DNA of 64,000 nt from Opitutia bacterium (lineage in GTDB: Bacteria > Verrucomicrobiota > Verrucomicrobiia > Opitutales > T3Sed10-336), in NCBI GenBank assembly GCA_050506795.1, contig JBJHCF010000010.1, forward strand, positions 32,001 through 96,000, written 5' to 3'. The position numbers and the translations under genes were made by a program. Shown here one piece after another: positions 49,302 through 59,471 of the stretch; the first letter of the stretch is position 1, and the number at the start of each line of letters is the position of its first letter. A model generated the notes under the pieces. It had not been told where the DNA came from and did no database searches. It worked only from the letters and a program-made list of their open reading frames with translations.

Positions 49302-50828
49302 ATGATCCTCCTTCTCCTCATAGCGATTCCTCTGATCGGGGGCCTGGTGGCCTGGGCCGCCGGGCGCTGGTCGGCGACGGCGCCGCGCTGGATCGCACTC
49401 GCGGCGACGGCGGCGCCGCTGCTGCTGGCGCTGTCGCTCTGGGGAACGGAGCCGGATGGGCGGTGGATGATGAGCTGGGAGGCCGCTTGGATTCCCGCGG
49501 CGGGAATCGACTTCTATCTGGCGATCGACGGCCTGAGCCTGCTGCTGGTGCTCCTCACTTTTGTGCTCGGAGTCCTGGCTGTGGGGGTTTCCTGGCCCAA
49601 CATCAAAACCCGGCCCGGGTTCTTTTACTTCAACCTGCTGTGGATTCTGGCCGGAACCACCGGGGTTTTTATCGCGCTGGACCTTTTCCTCTTCTTCTTC
49701 TGCTGGGAACTGATGGTGCTCCCGATGTACTTTTTGATCGGCATCTGGGGGCACGAGAACCGCAACTACGCGGCCATCAAGTTCTTCATTTTCACCCAGG
49801 CCAGCGGTCTGCTGCTGCTGATCGCCATTCTCGGTCTTTATTTCGCCCACGGCGCTGAAACCGGACTCCACACCTTCCGCTACGATGAGCTGTTGGGAAC
49901 CACCCTGGCGCCGGGGCTGGGAATGGGGCTGATGCTCGGATTCTTCATCGCGTTCGCCGTCAAGCTGCCGGCCTTTCCGTTTCATACCTGGCTCGCCGAC
50001 GCCCACACCGAAGCGCCCACCGCCGGCAGTCTCATCCTGGCCGGGTTGCTCCTCAAGACCGGCGGCTACGGGTTGCTGCGCTTCGTGGTGCCGCTTTTCC
50101 CGGACGCGGCGACGGTTTTCGCCCCGGTCGCCATGACGCTCGGCGCGGTCGGCATCCTTTACGGAGCCAAACTGGCTTTCGCGCAGACCGACCTGAAACG
50201 GCTCATCGCCTACACCAGCGTCAGCCACATGGGTTTTGTGCTGGTGGGGGTATTCGCCTGGAACGCCTGGGCGCTGCAGGGCGTGGTGATTCAAATGATC
50301 GCCCACGGTTTGAGCACGGGCGCGCTTTTCATCCTGGCCGGAGGCATCCAGGACAGATTGCACACCCGCGACCTCGACCGCATGGGCGGCTTCTGGCCGC
50401 AGGCGCCGCGTATGGCGGCGCTGGCCATGTTCTTCGCCATGGCCTCACTGGGACTGCCGGGACTGGCCAATTTCGTGGGCGAGTTCCTGATCCTGCTGGG
50501 GAGCTTCCAGGCCAGCATCACGGTCACTGTTTTCGCCGCCATCGGGCTGGTCGGAGCCACCGTTTATTCGCTTTGGATCATCCAGCGGGTCTTTCACGGC
50601 CGGCCAAGCCACTCCGTGCTGACCGACCTGTCCTTCCGGGAAACCACCATTCTCGCGGTTCTGGTGATCGGTCTCCTCGGGATCGGCCTGTATCCGCGAC
50701 CCGTCCTGCAAACCTCCGAACCGCCGCTCCAGTTGCTCCTGGATACCGCACCCGCATCAGCGAGCGCCCTCACGGACCCGGCATCCTTCCCGATGGCCGG
50801 TGATAACACTCCTTCCGCCACACCATGA
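49302..50828 (+). CDS. nuoM: NADH-quinone oxidoreductase subunit M (set 2)
   Basis: DLFLFFF.WE.M..PMYFLI..WG, KLP..PFHTWL.DAH.EAPTAGS, YTSVSHMGFV. Confidence 0.96.
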   Translation: MILLLLIAIPLIGGLVAWAAGRWSATAPRWIALAATAAPLLLALSLWGTEPDGRWMMSWEAAWIPAAGIDFYLAIDGLSLLLVLLTFVLGVLAVGVSWPNIKTRPGFFYFNLLWILAGTTGVFIALDLFLFFFCWELMVLPMYFLIGIWGHENRNYAAIKFFIFTQASGLLLLIAILGLYFAHGAETGLHTFRYDELLGTTLAPGLGMGLMLGFFIAFAVKLPAFPFHTWLADAHTEAPTAGSLILAGLLLKTGGYGLLRFVVPLFPDAATVFAPVAMTLGAVGILYGAKLAFAQTDLKRLIAYTSVSHMGFVLVGVFAWNAWALQGVVIQMIAHGLSTGALFILAGGIQDRLHTRDLDRMGGFWPQAPRMAALAMFFAMASLGLPGLANFVGEFLILLGSFQASITVTVFAAIGLVGATVYSLWIIQRVFHGRPSHSVLTDLSFRETTILAVLVIGLLGIGLYPRPVLQTSEPPLQLLLDTAPASASALTDPASFPMAGDNTPSATP

Positions 50829-52288
50829 CCGCCCAGGAATTTCAGGCCATCCTTCCTCACATCGTCGTGGCCGCCACGGCGGTAACGGTCATGCTGGTCA
50901 TTTCGTTCTACCGGAATCAGACCGTTTCCGCCTTGCTGACTCTGGCCGGCCTGGTGCTCGCCGCGGCCTGCCTGCCAGCCGCCCAAGCGGCCGGCACGGT
51001 CAGCCTGGAGCCCCTGCTGCGAATCGACCGCTTCGCCAACTTTCACATCGGACTCCTGCTGGGGGCCGGGATCGCGGTCACCGTACTCTCCCACAGCTAC
51101 CTGGAGAAGTACCGGATGGAACGAGGCGAGTTCTATATCCTGCTTTTGCTCTCGATGCTCGGCGCGATCACCCTGGCGGCGGCGGATCACTTCATCAGTT
51201 TTTTCCTGGGAATTGAACTGTTGTCGATCTCGTTGTACGTGATGATCGGATACATCTTCACCAAAGAAACGGCGGTGGAGGCCGCGGTGAAATATCTCTT
51301 CCTGGCCGCGGCCACGTCGGCGTTTCTCCTTTTCGGCATGGCGCTCATTTACGCCGAACTGGGAACCATGGCCTTCGGGGAGGTCGCCTCCCGGCTGGGC
51401 GACGGGCAAGGTAGCCGCTCCCCGCTCATGGTGGCGGGAACGGTGTTGATCGTCGCCGGAGCGGGTTTCAAACTGTCCGTGGTTCCCTTCCACATGTGGA
51501 CCCCCGACATTTACCAGGGCGCGCCGGCGCCGGTAACCGCCTTTTTGGCCACCGCATCCAAGGGCTGCGTGGTGGCCGTTCTGCTCCGTTTTTTTGCCGG
51601 AGTCGAATTCGAGGCCCTTCCGGGCATCCTCCTCGTCCTGAGCGTTATCGCGGCAGCCTCCATGCTGGCGGGAAACCTGTTGGCGCTGCTGCAGAACAAC
51701 ATCAAACGCCTCCTCGCCTACTCCTCCATCGCCCACTTCGGCTATCTGCTGGTGGCCTTTGTCGCGGCCGGACCCACCGGGATCGAAGCCGCCACGTTTT
51801 ACCTGGTGACCTATTTCGCCGCCACGTTGCTCGCTTTTGGTGTTGTGGGTTACCTCTCACCCACCGACCGTGAATCCGACACCGTGGAAGACTATCGCGG
51901 ACTCTTCTGGCGACGCCCCTGGCCGGCCGCCCTTCTTTCGGTCGCCGTCTTCTCCCTGCTCGGCCTGCCGCTAACGGCCGGCTTTATGGGCAAGTTTTTC
52001 CTCATGGCCGCCGGCGCCGGCGCCGAGCTCTGGACCTTGCTGCTGATTCTGGCGGCTTCGAGCGCCATCGGCCTCTTCTACTACCTGCGGGTAATCGTCG
52101 CCATGTACTCCAGCGTGGAAGGCGACAAGCGGTCCGCAACCCAACGCCCCCTGGAAGAATTCCCGCCATTCGCCGTCAGCGTTGGCACGGTGCTGGGGGT
52201 GCTCGCCGTTGGCCTGATCTTTATCGGACTTTACCCGGAACCGGTTGCCGCCTTCGTGCAGACGGTCACCCAGAGTCTGTATGAGTAA
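50825..52288 (+). CDS. nuoN: NADH-quinone oxidoreductase subunit N (set 2)
   Basis: EAAVKYL, GFKLSVVPFHMWTPD.YQGAPAPV, NIKRLLAYSSIAHFGYLLVA. Confidence 0.96.
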   Translation: MTAQEFQAILPHIVVAATAVTVMLVISFYRNQTVSALLTLAGLVLAAACLPAAQAAGTVSLEPLLRIDRFANFHIGLLLGAGIAVTVLSHSYLEKYRMERGEFYILLLLSMLGAITLAAADHFISFFLGIELLSISLYVMIGYIFTKETAVEAAVKYLFLAAATSAFLLFGMALIYAELGTMAFGEVASRLGDGQGSRSPLMVAGTVLIVAGAGFKLSVVPFHMWTPDIYQGAPAPVTAFLATASKGCVVAVLLRFFAGVEFEALPGILLVLSVIAAASMLAGNLLALLQNNIKRLLAYSSIAHFGYLLVAFVAAGPTGIEAATFYLVTYFAATLLAFGVVGYLSPTDRESDTVEDYRGLFWRRPWPAALLSVAVFSLLGLPLTAGFMGKFFLMAAGAGAELWTLLLILAASSAIGLFYYLRVIVAMYSSVEGDKRSATQRPLEEFPPFAVSVGTVLGVLAVGLIFIGLYPEPVAAFVQTVTQSLYE

Positions 52289-52402
52289 GGAGGCGGTGCC
52301 GGGCATTGGTTATCGGGCCCGCTGAGTTTAGGTAATCACCCTCCCCAACCAAGAACCAAGAACGACTAACCACGAACAGGGCGCAGCCCAAATAATGCCG
52401 CC

Positions 52403-52846
52403 ATGAACACACCTGTATCCGACGTCATCGCCCACAAGGGCGGACGCGTTCACACCACCGCACCCGACGCCACCGTGCGCCAGGCCGTTCACCTCATGAA
52501 CGAAAAGAAGATCGGCGCCCTGCTGGTCATGCACGACGAGAAACCCATCGGAATGTTCACCGAACGCGACGTTCTGGTACGCGTGGTGGATGCCGGAAAA
52601 GACCCGGAGACCACCCTCGTGCACGAGGTAATGAGCTCGAAACTGGTCACCATCAAACCGTCCCTTTCGGTGGAGCAGACCATGAAAATCATGACGGAAA
52701 AACGCTGTCGGCACCTGCCGGTGATGGAAGGGGACAAACTCCTCGGCCTCGTTTCCATCGGCGACGTCACCCGCTGGATGGTACGGGAACATGAGAGCTA
52801 CATCGACAATTTGCTCAACTACATCCACGGCGGTTACCCGACATGA
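52403..52846 (+). CDS. CBS-pair protein
   Basis: KIGALLV...GMFTERD, RHLPV...LLGLVSIGD. Confidence 0.93.
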   Translation: MNTPVSDVIAHKGGRVHTTAPDATVRQAVHLMNEKKIGALLVMHDEKPIGMFTERDVLVRVVDAGKDPETTLVHEVMSSKLVTIKPSLSVEQTMKIMTEKRCRHLPVMEGDKLLGLVSIGDVTRWMVREHESYIDNLLNYIHGGYPT

Positions 52847-52873
52847 ATCCGGGCTTGATCGCCCGGATTCATG
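52842..52873 (+). terminator. Hairpin at the CBS stop (putative terminator)
   Basis: CATGAATCCGGGC-TTGATC-GCCCGGATTCATG, 13-bp stem, weak U tail. Confidence 0.55.
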
Positions 52874-52995
52874 CTTCGAATAAATTTATGGTCAAATCAA
52901 TGAGTCTGTTTTTTCGATTTGATCCCCGGAGTGATCGGCCCTAGGGTTGGATGATCGAGTTTGATGGTAGCGCCAATGCCCATCGGAGAAATGCG

Positions 52996-53700
52996 ATGCA
53001 GTTGATTCCAACATTCAAAGCAAAACGCGCCTTCCTTTCCGCCGTTTTGGCGTCACTTCTACTGGCGCTCAGCGTTCCGGCCGAAGGTCAGTCGAGGGGA
53101 AGCTCCGCCGACGGCGAACTGGAGTTGCGCGGCTACACCCGAATGGGCAACAGCCATGCCTTCAGTCTCCGCAACACCCGTACCGGAGAGAGCGAATGGG
53201 TCTGGAGCGATCGACCCGGGGAATATTTCAGCATCGAGGGGTTCGACGCGGAAAAGCAGATGATAACCGTTCGCCATCGGAATCAGATCCAGACCGTGTT
53301 TTTACAGCGTTCGCGAATTGATCACTACGATGCGCCCGTGACCGCACCTATGCCCTCCTTTGAACCTCCAACCCCGCCTCCAGCCCCTGCCGGGCAACCG
53401 CGCGCGGGATCCGTCGCCGAGCGACGCTCCATCAACCCCACTAGCGGCGACGCCGAAAGCGGCTCTGGCAGGGAAACGGGGACTCCGGAAAATCAGTTTG
53501 GCCAGGGCGGTTTTCTTTCGGGAGGGCTTCCCGGAAGCGGAGGCGGCGACGGAACGATTCCCCCCACCCAGCCGTCCGAACCCCCCGCCGGCGGCAGCGA
53601 CGACCTTCCCGACAACCAGGACGATGCCCCGGACGACCCCTTCGGACCACCGCCACCACCACCCGACAGCCCACCGCCATCGTACACGCCGAGTACTTGA
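52996..53700 (+). CDS. Secreted hypothetical protein with Pro/Gly/Asp-rich tail
   Basis: Signal peptide (AEG), ~75-aa beta-rich domain loosely GspC/PilP-like, then low complexity. Confidence 0.7.
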   Translation: MQLIPTFKAKRAFLSAVLASLLLALSVPAEGQSRGSSADGELELRGYTRMGNSHAFSLRNTRTGESEWVWSDRPGEYFSIEGFDAEKQMITVRHRNQIQTVFLQRSRIDHYDAPVTAPMPSFEPPTPPPAPAGQPRAGSVAERRSINPTSGDAESGSGRETGTPENQFGQGGFLSGGLPGSGGGDGTIPPTQPSEPPAGGSDDLPDNQDDAPDDPFGPPPPPPDSPPPSYTPST

Positions 53701-53711
53701 GGGCTTCGCCC

Positions 53712-53890
53712 TGTTCCTGGTTCCTGGTTCCTGGTTATCGCGATTGAAAATGCGTACCGGAAATTCTCCGGCTTGAAGCACGGAGCTACGGGGCGGAACT
53801 CGTAGCGCCCTGCTTTAAGCGGGCGTCTTCGCGCGGTCAGGACAACAACTCCGGCGAAGAATTCTCCTGCACCTGCGCGGAGCTACGCCC
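53712..53890. repeat. GTTCCTG heptamers plus GTAG REP pair
   Basis: GTTCCTG x3 after the stop; REPs 53766-53789(-) and 53802-53825(+); partial REP ~53878-53887. Confidence 0.85.
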
Positions 53891-55551
53891 TACCTGGCCA
53901 GCAACTCTTCGGCATGGGCGATGGCGGATTTCGCTTTGCGGTCACCCAGCATTCGGGCCAGTTCGCCCAGGCGTTCTTCGCGGGAATGGTGTAACGGGGC
54001 GATGGTCACCTGGGTGGTTTTGCCGCTCTGGCGCTTTTCCACCTGGTAATGGCTGGATGCCAGGCCGGCCACCTGGGGAAGGTGGGTGACGCAAAAAACC
54101 TGGTGCCGGGCCGACAAGCCCGCCAGTCGCTCGCCCACCGCCCGGCCGATCTCACCGCCCACGTTGGCGTCGACTTCATCGAAGACCAGCACCGGAATAT
54201 CGTCGACTTCGGCCAGGATGGTCTTGAGCGCCAGCATGACCCGCGCGATCTCTCCGCTGGAGGCGATCTTGTTCAATGGCATCAGATCCTGACCCACATT
54301 CGGAGCGAAACGGAACTCACACCCGGAGTCGCCGTGCGGTTTGGGATCGGATTCGGCCAACACCTCCACGGTAAAACCGGATTTCCGGAATCCGAGAGCC
54401 GGCAGGGCCTTCCTCACTCGGGCGGCCAGCTCGGAGGCCGCCTTTTCGCGACTCTGGCGCAGCTTGGCCCCGGCGGCCCGCACCGCCTTTTCCGCCGTGG
54501 ATATTTTTTCCTCCAGGTGGCGCAAATTCCCTTCAATATCTCCCTGTCGTTCCAATCGACCGGCGATTTCCTCGCGTTTGCGCAATACCCCGGAAACCGA
54601 ACCGCCGTACCGCCGCTTCAGGTCCAGCCAATCGTTCATGCGAACCTGGATGGCCTCCGCCTCCGCCGGATCCAAATCGAGCCCCTCCGTCAGTGCTTCG
54701 AACTCGCGGCCAAGGTCCTCGGTCTCGATGGCCAGGGAGCGCAGGCGTGAGACCATGGCCTCGCTGGACGGGTCGGTCTCCTGCAGGTCCCGGCCGCCAC
54801 GCTGCAACTGGGCCAGTTGCTCCAGCACCCCGCCATCCCCGATGAGCCCTTCCGACAGCTGGCGCGCCAGAGCCATTAATTCCTGGCCGTTCGAGACCTT
54901 CCGGAAATCGCTTTCCAGGGTCGCGATAGCCTCCTCCGACACCTCACAGGCATCGATGCGTGCCAATTGCTGGCGCAGGAAGTCGATCTCGTCGGGGGAC
55001 AGTGCCGTTTCCGCGAGCAAGGCTTCCCGTTCCGCCAACGCATTGCGCCAGGCGCGGTAATGCTCGCGGTATTCCTGCAGCAGCGCATCGTGCCCGGCGT
55101 ACAGGTCGAGTAGTTCCCGCTGGGAATCGGTGCTGAAAAGCCGCTGCGGTTCGCCTGGTCCGTGAAAATCGATCCACAACTCGCCCAAACGCCGCAGGTT
55201 GGTCTGGGTGGTGAGCGCGCCATTGACCAGGATACGGGGCATCTTCTCACGCGGCAGCACGCGCCGAATCAGCAGCGCTCCGTCCTCGCAGGGCGGGAGT
55301 TCCAGTTCCCCCAGTAGAGCATGAACCGGGGAAGCCTTCGCCACGGAAAGCACACATTCCACTTCACAAACGTCCGCTCCCTGACGAATCACGCTCTTGT
55401 CGGCCCGGGATCCGGACAGGAGCTGAAGCGCTCCCAAAAACACGCTTTTCCCGGCCCCCGTTTCTCCGGTCACCGCGATAAACCCGGGTTCGAGTTCGAG
55501 GGCCACTTCGTCCAGAAGCGCCAGGTTTTGAATGCGAAGGTACTGAAGCAT
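53890..55551 (-). CDS. recN: DNA repair protein RecN
   Basis: MLQYLRIQNLAL, TGETGAGKS, IDFHG, IASSGEIARVMLALK, FDEVDANVGG, VTHLPQVA. Confidence 0.95.
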   Translation of the reverse strand: MLQYLRIQNLALLDEVALELEPGFIAVTGETGAGKSVFLGALQLLSGSRADKSVIRQGADVCEVECVLSVAKASPVHALLGELELPPCEDGALLIRRVLPREKMPRILVNGALTTQTNLRRLGELWIDFHGPGEPQRLFSTDSQRELLDLYAGHDALLQEYREHYRAWRNALAEREALLAETALSPDEIDFLRQQLARIDACEVSEEAIATLESDFRKVSNGQELMALARQLSEGLIGDGGVLEQLAQLQRGGRDLQETDPSSEAMVSRLRSLAIETEDLGREFEALTEGLDLDPAEAEAIQVRMNDWLDLKRRYGGSVSGVLRKREEIAGRLERQGDIEGNLRHLEEKISTAEKAVRAAGAKLRQSREKAASELAARVRKALPALGFRKSGFTVEVLAESDPKPHGDSGCEFRFAPNVGQDLMPLNKIASSGEIARVMLALKTILAEVDDIPVLVFDEVDANVGGEIGRAVGERLAGLSARHQVFCVTHLPQVAGLASSHYQVEKRQSGKTTQVTIAPLHHSREERLGELARMLGDRKAKSAIAHAEELLAR

Positions 55552-55575
55552 AAGCGGACGTCCGGAGCGGAGCAT

Positions 55576-55605
55576 AAAAAAAAGCTGTCGAAACGACAGC
55601 TTTTT
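55576..55605 (-). terminator. Intrinsic terminator after tRNA-Val
   Basis: AAAAAGCTGTCG-AAA-CGACAGCTTTTT; long U run on the minus strand. Confidence 0.85.
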
Positions 55606-55608
55606 CGG

Positions 55609-55682
55609 TGGGAGATACTGGATTCGAACCAGTGACCTCTTGCGTGTCATGCAAGCGCTCTAACCAACTGAGCTAATCCCCC
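55609..55682 (-). tRNA. tRNA-Val(GAC)
   Basis: GGGGGATTAGCTCAGTTGGTTAGAGCG-CTTGC AT-GAC-AC GCAAG-AGGTC-ACTGGTTCGAATCCAGT-ATCTCCC-A; followed by CCG, so CCA is not fully encoded. Confidence 0.95.
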
Positions 55683-55886
55683 GAAGGGTAAACAATAAGG
55701 ATTTGCCGGGAGCACGACCGGTGGCAAGGAAATTTTTTTGGGACGGGGGGGATCGGTTGTCGGTTGTTGGTTGCCGGACTTTCTCACCGCTGATAGACGC
55801 CGATTTGACGCTAAAAGGACGAGAAAAATCCGGCTTTTTAACGCGATTCCTTAACAAAATAACGAAGCGGAACAACGAACCAAGAA

Positions 55887-56720
55887 CTAAGAACCCTCAA
55901 CACTCCACCTCCCCAGGACCTTGCCGGGGTGAAAGGCGTCTTTCCGACGAAACACCCGGCGGACAGTCAATTCGTCATTATGGATCTCCACCAGGCGGCG
56001 TCCCATGAAGGGAAAGTAGGATCCGGTATTGATGACGGTGCAGCTTTTCCGGTGCCACACGCCGGGGAAATGGGTGTGACCCATGACAATGAAAGCGGGC
56101 GCGGTGTGGTGACGTTCGGCCAGACGGCCGCCCCGAAGACCGGTTTCCGCCCAGCACCGGAAAATGCGCCGAGCCCGGCCGGGAGGCCAGCCCTGGCGGA
56201 GCACAAAACGCCGAAAGCCACACCAGGCCAACCCGTCGATCCCTCTGTCATCCAGCATGTTGATACAAGCCTCCCGCACCCGGGCAATCACCTCATCCAG
56301 ACCTTCCTCAACCGGCTGGTGGTTCGGAAGGTACATCCGCTCACAAGCTTCTCTTATCTCGTGACGAGTCCGACCCCACACTGAAATCTCGGGGAACAGC
56401 ACATCGCCGTGAGTCACCAGCACCTTCCCGCCCGCCACTTCGAGAGAGCCCAGTTCCGAGATGGCCGGATCGTGATTGCCGCTGACAAAAACCGGCCGGG
56501 CGCCCGCCGCCCGGCACACGTCCGCAAACACAGCCGCGTCCCCCGGCTCACGCCGCCCTCCAAACCCCGGCCCCTGCTCCACGGTGTCCCCGTTGAACAC
56601 CACCGTGCCCGCGCCCTCGAACAACGGACGCAACTGCTCGACACGCCGCACCAGACTGACCGGATGCCCCCAATGGAGGTCGGAGAGAATACGTACCGGA
56701 CCGGATAAATCGATGGGCAT
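55887..56720 (-). CDS. Calcineurin-like metallophosphoesterase
   Basis: LSDLH, NGD, GNHD, THGD, GHTH, NTGS. Confidence 0.9.
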   Translation of the reverse strand: MPIDLSGPVRILSDLHWGHPVSLVRRVEQLRPLFEGAGTVVFNGDTVEQGPGFGGRREPGDAAVFADVCRAAGARPVFVSGNHDPAISELGSLEVAGGKVLVTHGDVLFPEISVWGRTRHEIREACERMYLPNHQPVEEGLDEVIARVREACINMLDDRGIDGLAWCGFRRFVLRQGWPPGRARRIFRCWAETGLRGGRLAERHHTAPAFIVMGHTHFPGVWHRKSCTVINTGSYFPFMGRRLVEIHNDELTVRRVFRRKDAFHPGKVLGRWSVEGS

Positions 56721-56807
56721 TGGTGGCAGATGGTTACCAGGAAGAGGTCAAGAACGTTGCGTGGGGCGTGGGAGCGGGGGGGGACCAGATAAGTCCCGGC
56801 CTTTGCT

Positions 56808-56980
56808 TCCGTGTATTTCGCGTATTTCGTGGTTAAAATCGGCTCCCGGTTCGAGGTTTCCGCTCCCCATAGATTCTGGACTATATTAGCCGCTAAGTGC
56901 GCAAAATGACCTTCTCCATCCCCAGGCTACGGCGGGTCGCCCGCTAAAGCAGGGCGCTACTAAAACCCCCTCGCCCCATC
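56808..56980. repeat. Nonamer array (reverse) and GTAG REP
   Basis: TTCCGTGTATTTCGCGTATTTCGTGGTT ~56807-56834; REP 56938-56960. Confidence 0.8.
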
Positions 56981-57104
56981 GGCAAGCGGTTCCCGGCAAA
57001 GCCGGTGATCCCACTTGAAATCTTGCGTCCGGGTCGAAATTGGCTAGGATGTTGCGAATCATTTTCCTTTTCCATCAGTAGGTCCCATCCGAAATCGCAT
57101 TTTC

Positions 57105-57809
57105 ATGAAAAAACCTCTTTTCTTTGTCGTCGGCGCCGTGTTCCTCCTCGCAATAGCCATGCAGGCCTATCCGTTGCTGGTTCGGTCGGAAGTCACCAAA
57201 ACCGACTCCCTGGAAAACCTGATCTCCAAGGATCTTCCCGGCTGGAGTTACATGGACCTGCCGTTGGCGGAAACGGAAGAAGCCCGCAACACGGTCGAAC
57301 GGCGTCTGAACTTCGACGATTACGTTTCAAGAATTTACCGCAGCGGCGACACCGAGGTCGGCATCTACATCGCGTACTGGGAACCCGGAACCACGGCCGT
57401 ACGCATGGTGGGCGTGCACACCCCGGACACCTGCTGGGTCCAGAATGGCTGGACCTGTACCGACCGGGCATCAGGTGTGCTCAAGGATGTGAGCGGTGGC
57501 CAATTGAAACCCGGTGAATTCGGGATCTACGAAATCCGCGACCACGTGCAGCACGTGCTCTTCTGGCACCTGGTCGGCCGACAGGTTTACGGCTACGACC
57601 AACAGGATATTCACAACGTCTTCGCGCCCCTGCAGGACATGATGCAGTTCGGGCTCAACCAGCGCCAGGAACAATACTTTATCCGGGTGTCCAGCAATCG
57701 CCCCTTCGAGGAAATCTGGGACGATCCCGGCTTCGCACAATTGATGGAAGACATCGGCGCTCTCGGACTCAAATTCGACGGCGAAAACGTGGAAGATCAC
57801 ACGATCTAG
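57105..57809 (+). CDS. epsI: Exosortase-associated EpsI family protein
   Basis: N-terminal anchor, L.FDDYVSR.Y, YIAYW, HTPD.CW..NGW, FWH.VG, F.RVSS. Confidence 0.8.
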   Translation: MKKPLFFVVGAVFLLAIAMQAYPLLVRSEVTKTDSLENLISKDLPGWSYMDLPLAETEEARNTVERRLNFDDYVSRIYRSGDTEVGIYIAYWEPGTTAVRMVGVHTPDTCWVQNGWTCTDRASGVLKDVSGGQLKPGEFGIYEIRDHVQHVLFWHLVGRQVYGYDQQDIHNVFAPLQDMMQFGLNQRQEQYFIRVSSNRPFEEIWDDPGFAQLMEDIGALGLKFDGENVEDHTI

Positions 57810-57848
57810 CAGCCTGCCACGTCCTGACTTCCGTTTGACACGGCGGTT

Positions 57849-57965
57849 CGCCCGCTAATGCAGGGCACTACACTTCTTCTCGTAGCTCCGTGCTTAAGCC
57901 GGAGTCCTCTTCGAGGGAATCGCAGTCCTCACGCCACACAACCGCCCGCTAAAGCAGGGCGCTAC
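57849..57965. repeat. GTAG REP triplet (BIME-like)
   Basis: 57849-57871(-), 57882-57904(+), 57943-57965(-). Confidence 0.9.
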
Positions 57966-58082
57966 TGAAAAGCTCCATGTCGCTTTTGAGGAACGCGAAA
58001 TCCTGCCGAAGGGAAATGGGCCGAGCGAATCGGGACCCCTCGCCTCTCACCCCACATCAGCATCCGACAACTGAAAACCGAT

Positions 58083-58778
58083 TCACCCCACACCGCCCAA
58101 ATACACAACCTGGCCGGTGACAAAGCTGCTGCGGTCGTCGAGGAAGAAATCGACGACATTCAAAATGTCTCCGATCGTGCCCATTCGACGGATGGCCTGA
58201 CGCTGCAAAAGTGCCTCCATCTTTTCTTTGGGGACTCCTCGAATCAGGTCGGTCTCAACAGGGGTCGGGCCGACGGCGTTGACGGTGATCCCCCATTCGC
58301 CGACCTCGCGCGCCAGGATGCGGGTCAAACTCTCCACCGCCGCCTTGCTGGCCGCATAAAGCGCCTCCCCTTCCAGTCGCAAAGGCGTGGCCACGGTGGC
58401 AAAATTGACAATGCGTCCGGTCTTCCTCTTGCGCATGACCTTGGCGACCTCGCGACAGAACAGGAAGGTGCCGAAAACGTTGGTCCCGAACACGTCCCTC
58501 GCGGTCGAATAGGGAGTCAGCAGCAGGTGGTTCATCGACGCGATGCCGGCGTTGTTGATCAAAGCGTCGATCCCGTCGGCCTCCGTGGCTACAGCACGCA
58601 CCATGGCCACAACCGCCTTTTCGTCGGCCACATCCAGAGAGAAGTGCCGGTAATGCGCATGCTCTATTGACGCCTCTCCCCGACTGCACCCGGCGACAAG
58701 CCACCCGCGCTCCAGGTAATGCTCAGCCAGAGATTTCCCGATCCCCTTACGCGTGCCGGTGATAAGTACGGTTTTCAT
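58083..58778 (-). CDS. SDR oxidoreductase (3-oxoacyl-ACP reductase-like)
   Basis: ITGTRKGIG, NNAG, YAASK, NAVGP. Confidence 0.9.
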   Translation of the reverse strand: MKTVLITGTRKGIGKSLAEHYLERGWLVAGCSRGEASIEHAHYRHFSLDVADEKAVVAMVRAVATEADGIDALINNAGIASMNHLLLTPYSTARDVFGTNVFGTFLFCREVAKVMRKRKTGRIVNFATVATPLRLEGEALYAASKAAVESLTRILAREVGEWGITVNAVGPTPVETDLIRGVPKEKMEALLQRQAIRRMGTIGDILNVVDFFLDDRSSFVTGQVVYLGGVG

Positions 58779-59011
58779 GGTGAAATGGTTATCGGTTAAT
58801 GGATTTTGTGACCGCAAATGGACGCTAATCTAACGCTGAAATGGGGGGGACGTGGGGCGAGGGGGTCTTCAGTAGCGCCCAGCTTTAGCGGGCCACCTCA
58901 GTGTTAAACGGAAGAGCGCTAAGAATCAAAAAGGAGCGGGCGAAACGTTTCGCAAGACGGCATCCCACACCCCCATTCAGTGGTCCCCTTCTCTGCCGGC
59001 TCCGGAACAGT

Positions 59012-59320
59012 TTAGGACGGAACTTCGCGGGCCTCGCCGACGACTTCTTCAACAAACTCCGTCAGGGTTCCGGCGGTACGAAAGGGCGAGCGCCTACGGC
59101 TCATGGCCCGTTCGTCGGCCAGCGTCACCGGAACCCCCAACCGTTCCTCGACCGCCACTTCGAGGTCGGCAATCAAGCTGACCAGCGCCAGGCTGTCGAG
59201 CACCCCGCCCTCACCAAAAAGCACCGTGTCCGGACCCGGATTCTCCAGTCCGCCCAGAGTCTCATTCTCCCCAAACGCCTTCAACGTTTCCAGGACCAGC
59301 TCTTGAATTTTATTGCCCAT
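59012..59320 (-). CDS. Acyl carrier protein
   Basis: GVLDSLALVSLIADLE (phosphopantetheine Ser), SPFRT. Confidence 0.85.
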   Translation of the reverse strand: MGNKIQELVLETLKAFGENETLGGLENPGPDTVLFGEGGVLDSLALVSLIADLEVAVEERLGVPVTLADERAMSRRRSPFRTAGTLTEFVEEVVGEAREVPS

Positions 59321-59397
59321 GCTGACCTGCACTCTCAGTCGATTGCCGATGAAGCTCAAGCCAATGATTAGCTGGAAAAGGACCGGAACCAATTTCA

Positions 59398-59471
59398 ACC
59401 ACAGATATCTCAGATGGGCACAGATACGAAACCTCTGCCTCTGAATCTGTGTGCTCTGTGTAATCTGTGGT
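59398..59471. repeat. Inverted nonamer arrays (empty MITE-like element)
   Basis: ACCACAGAT-ATCTCAGAT-GGGCACAGAT ... ATCTGTGTG-CTCTGTGTA-ATCTGTGGT. Confidence 0.8.
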
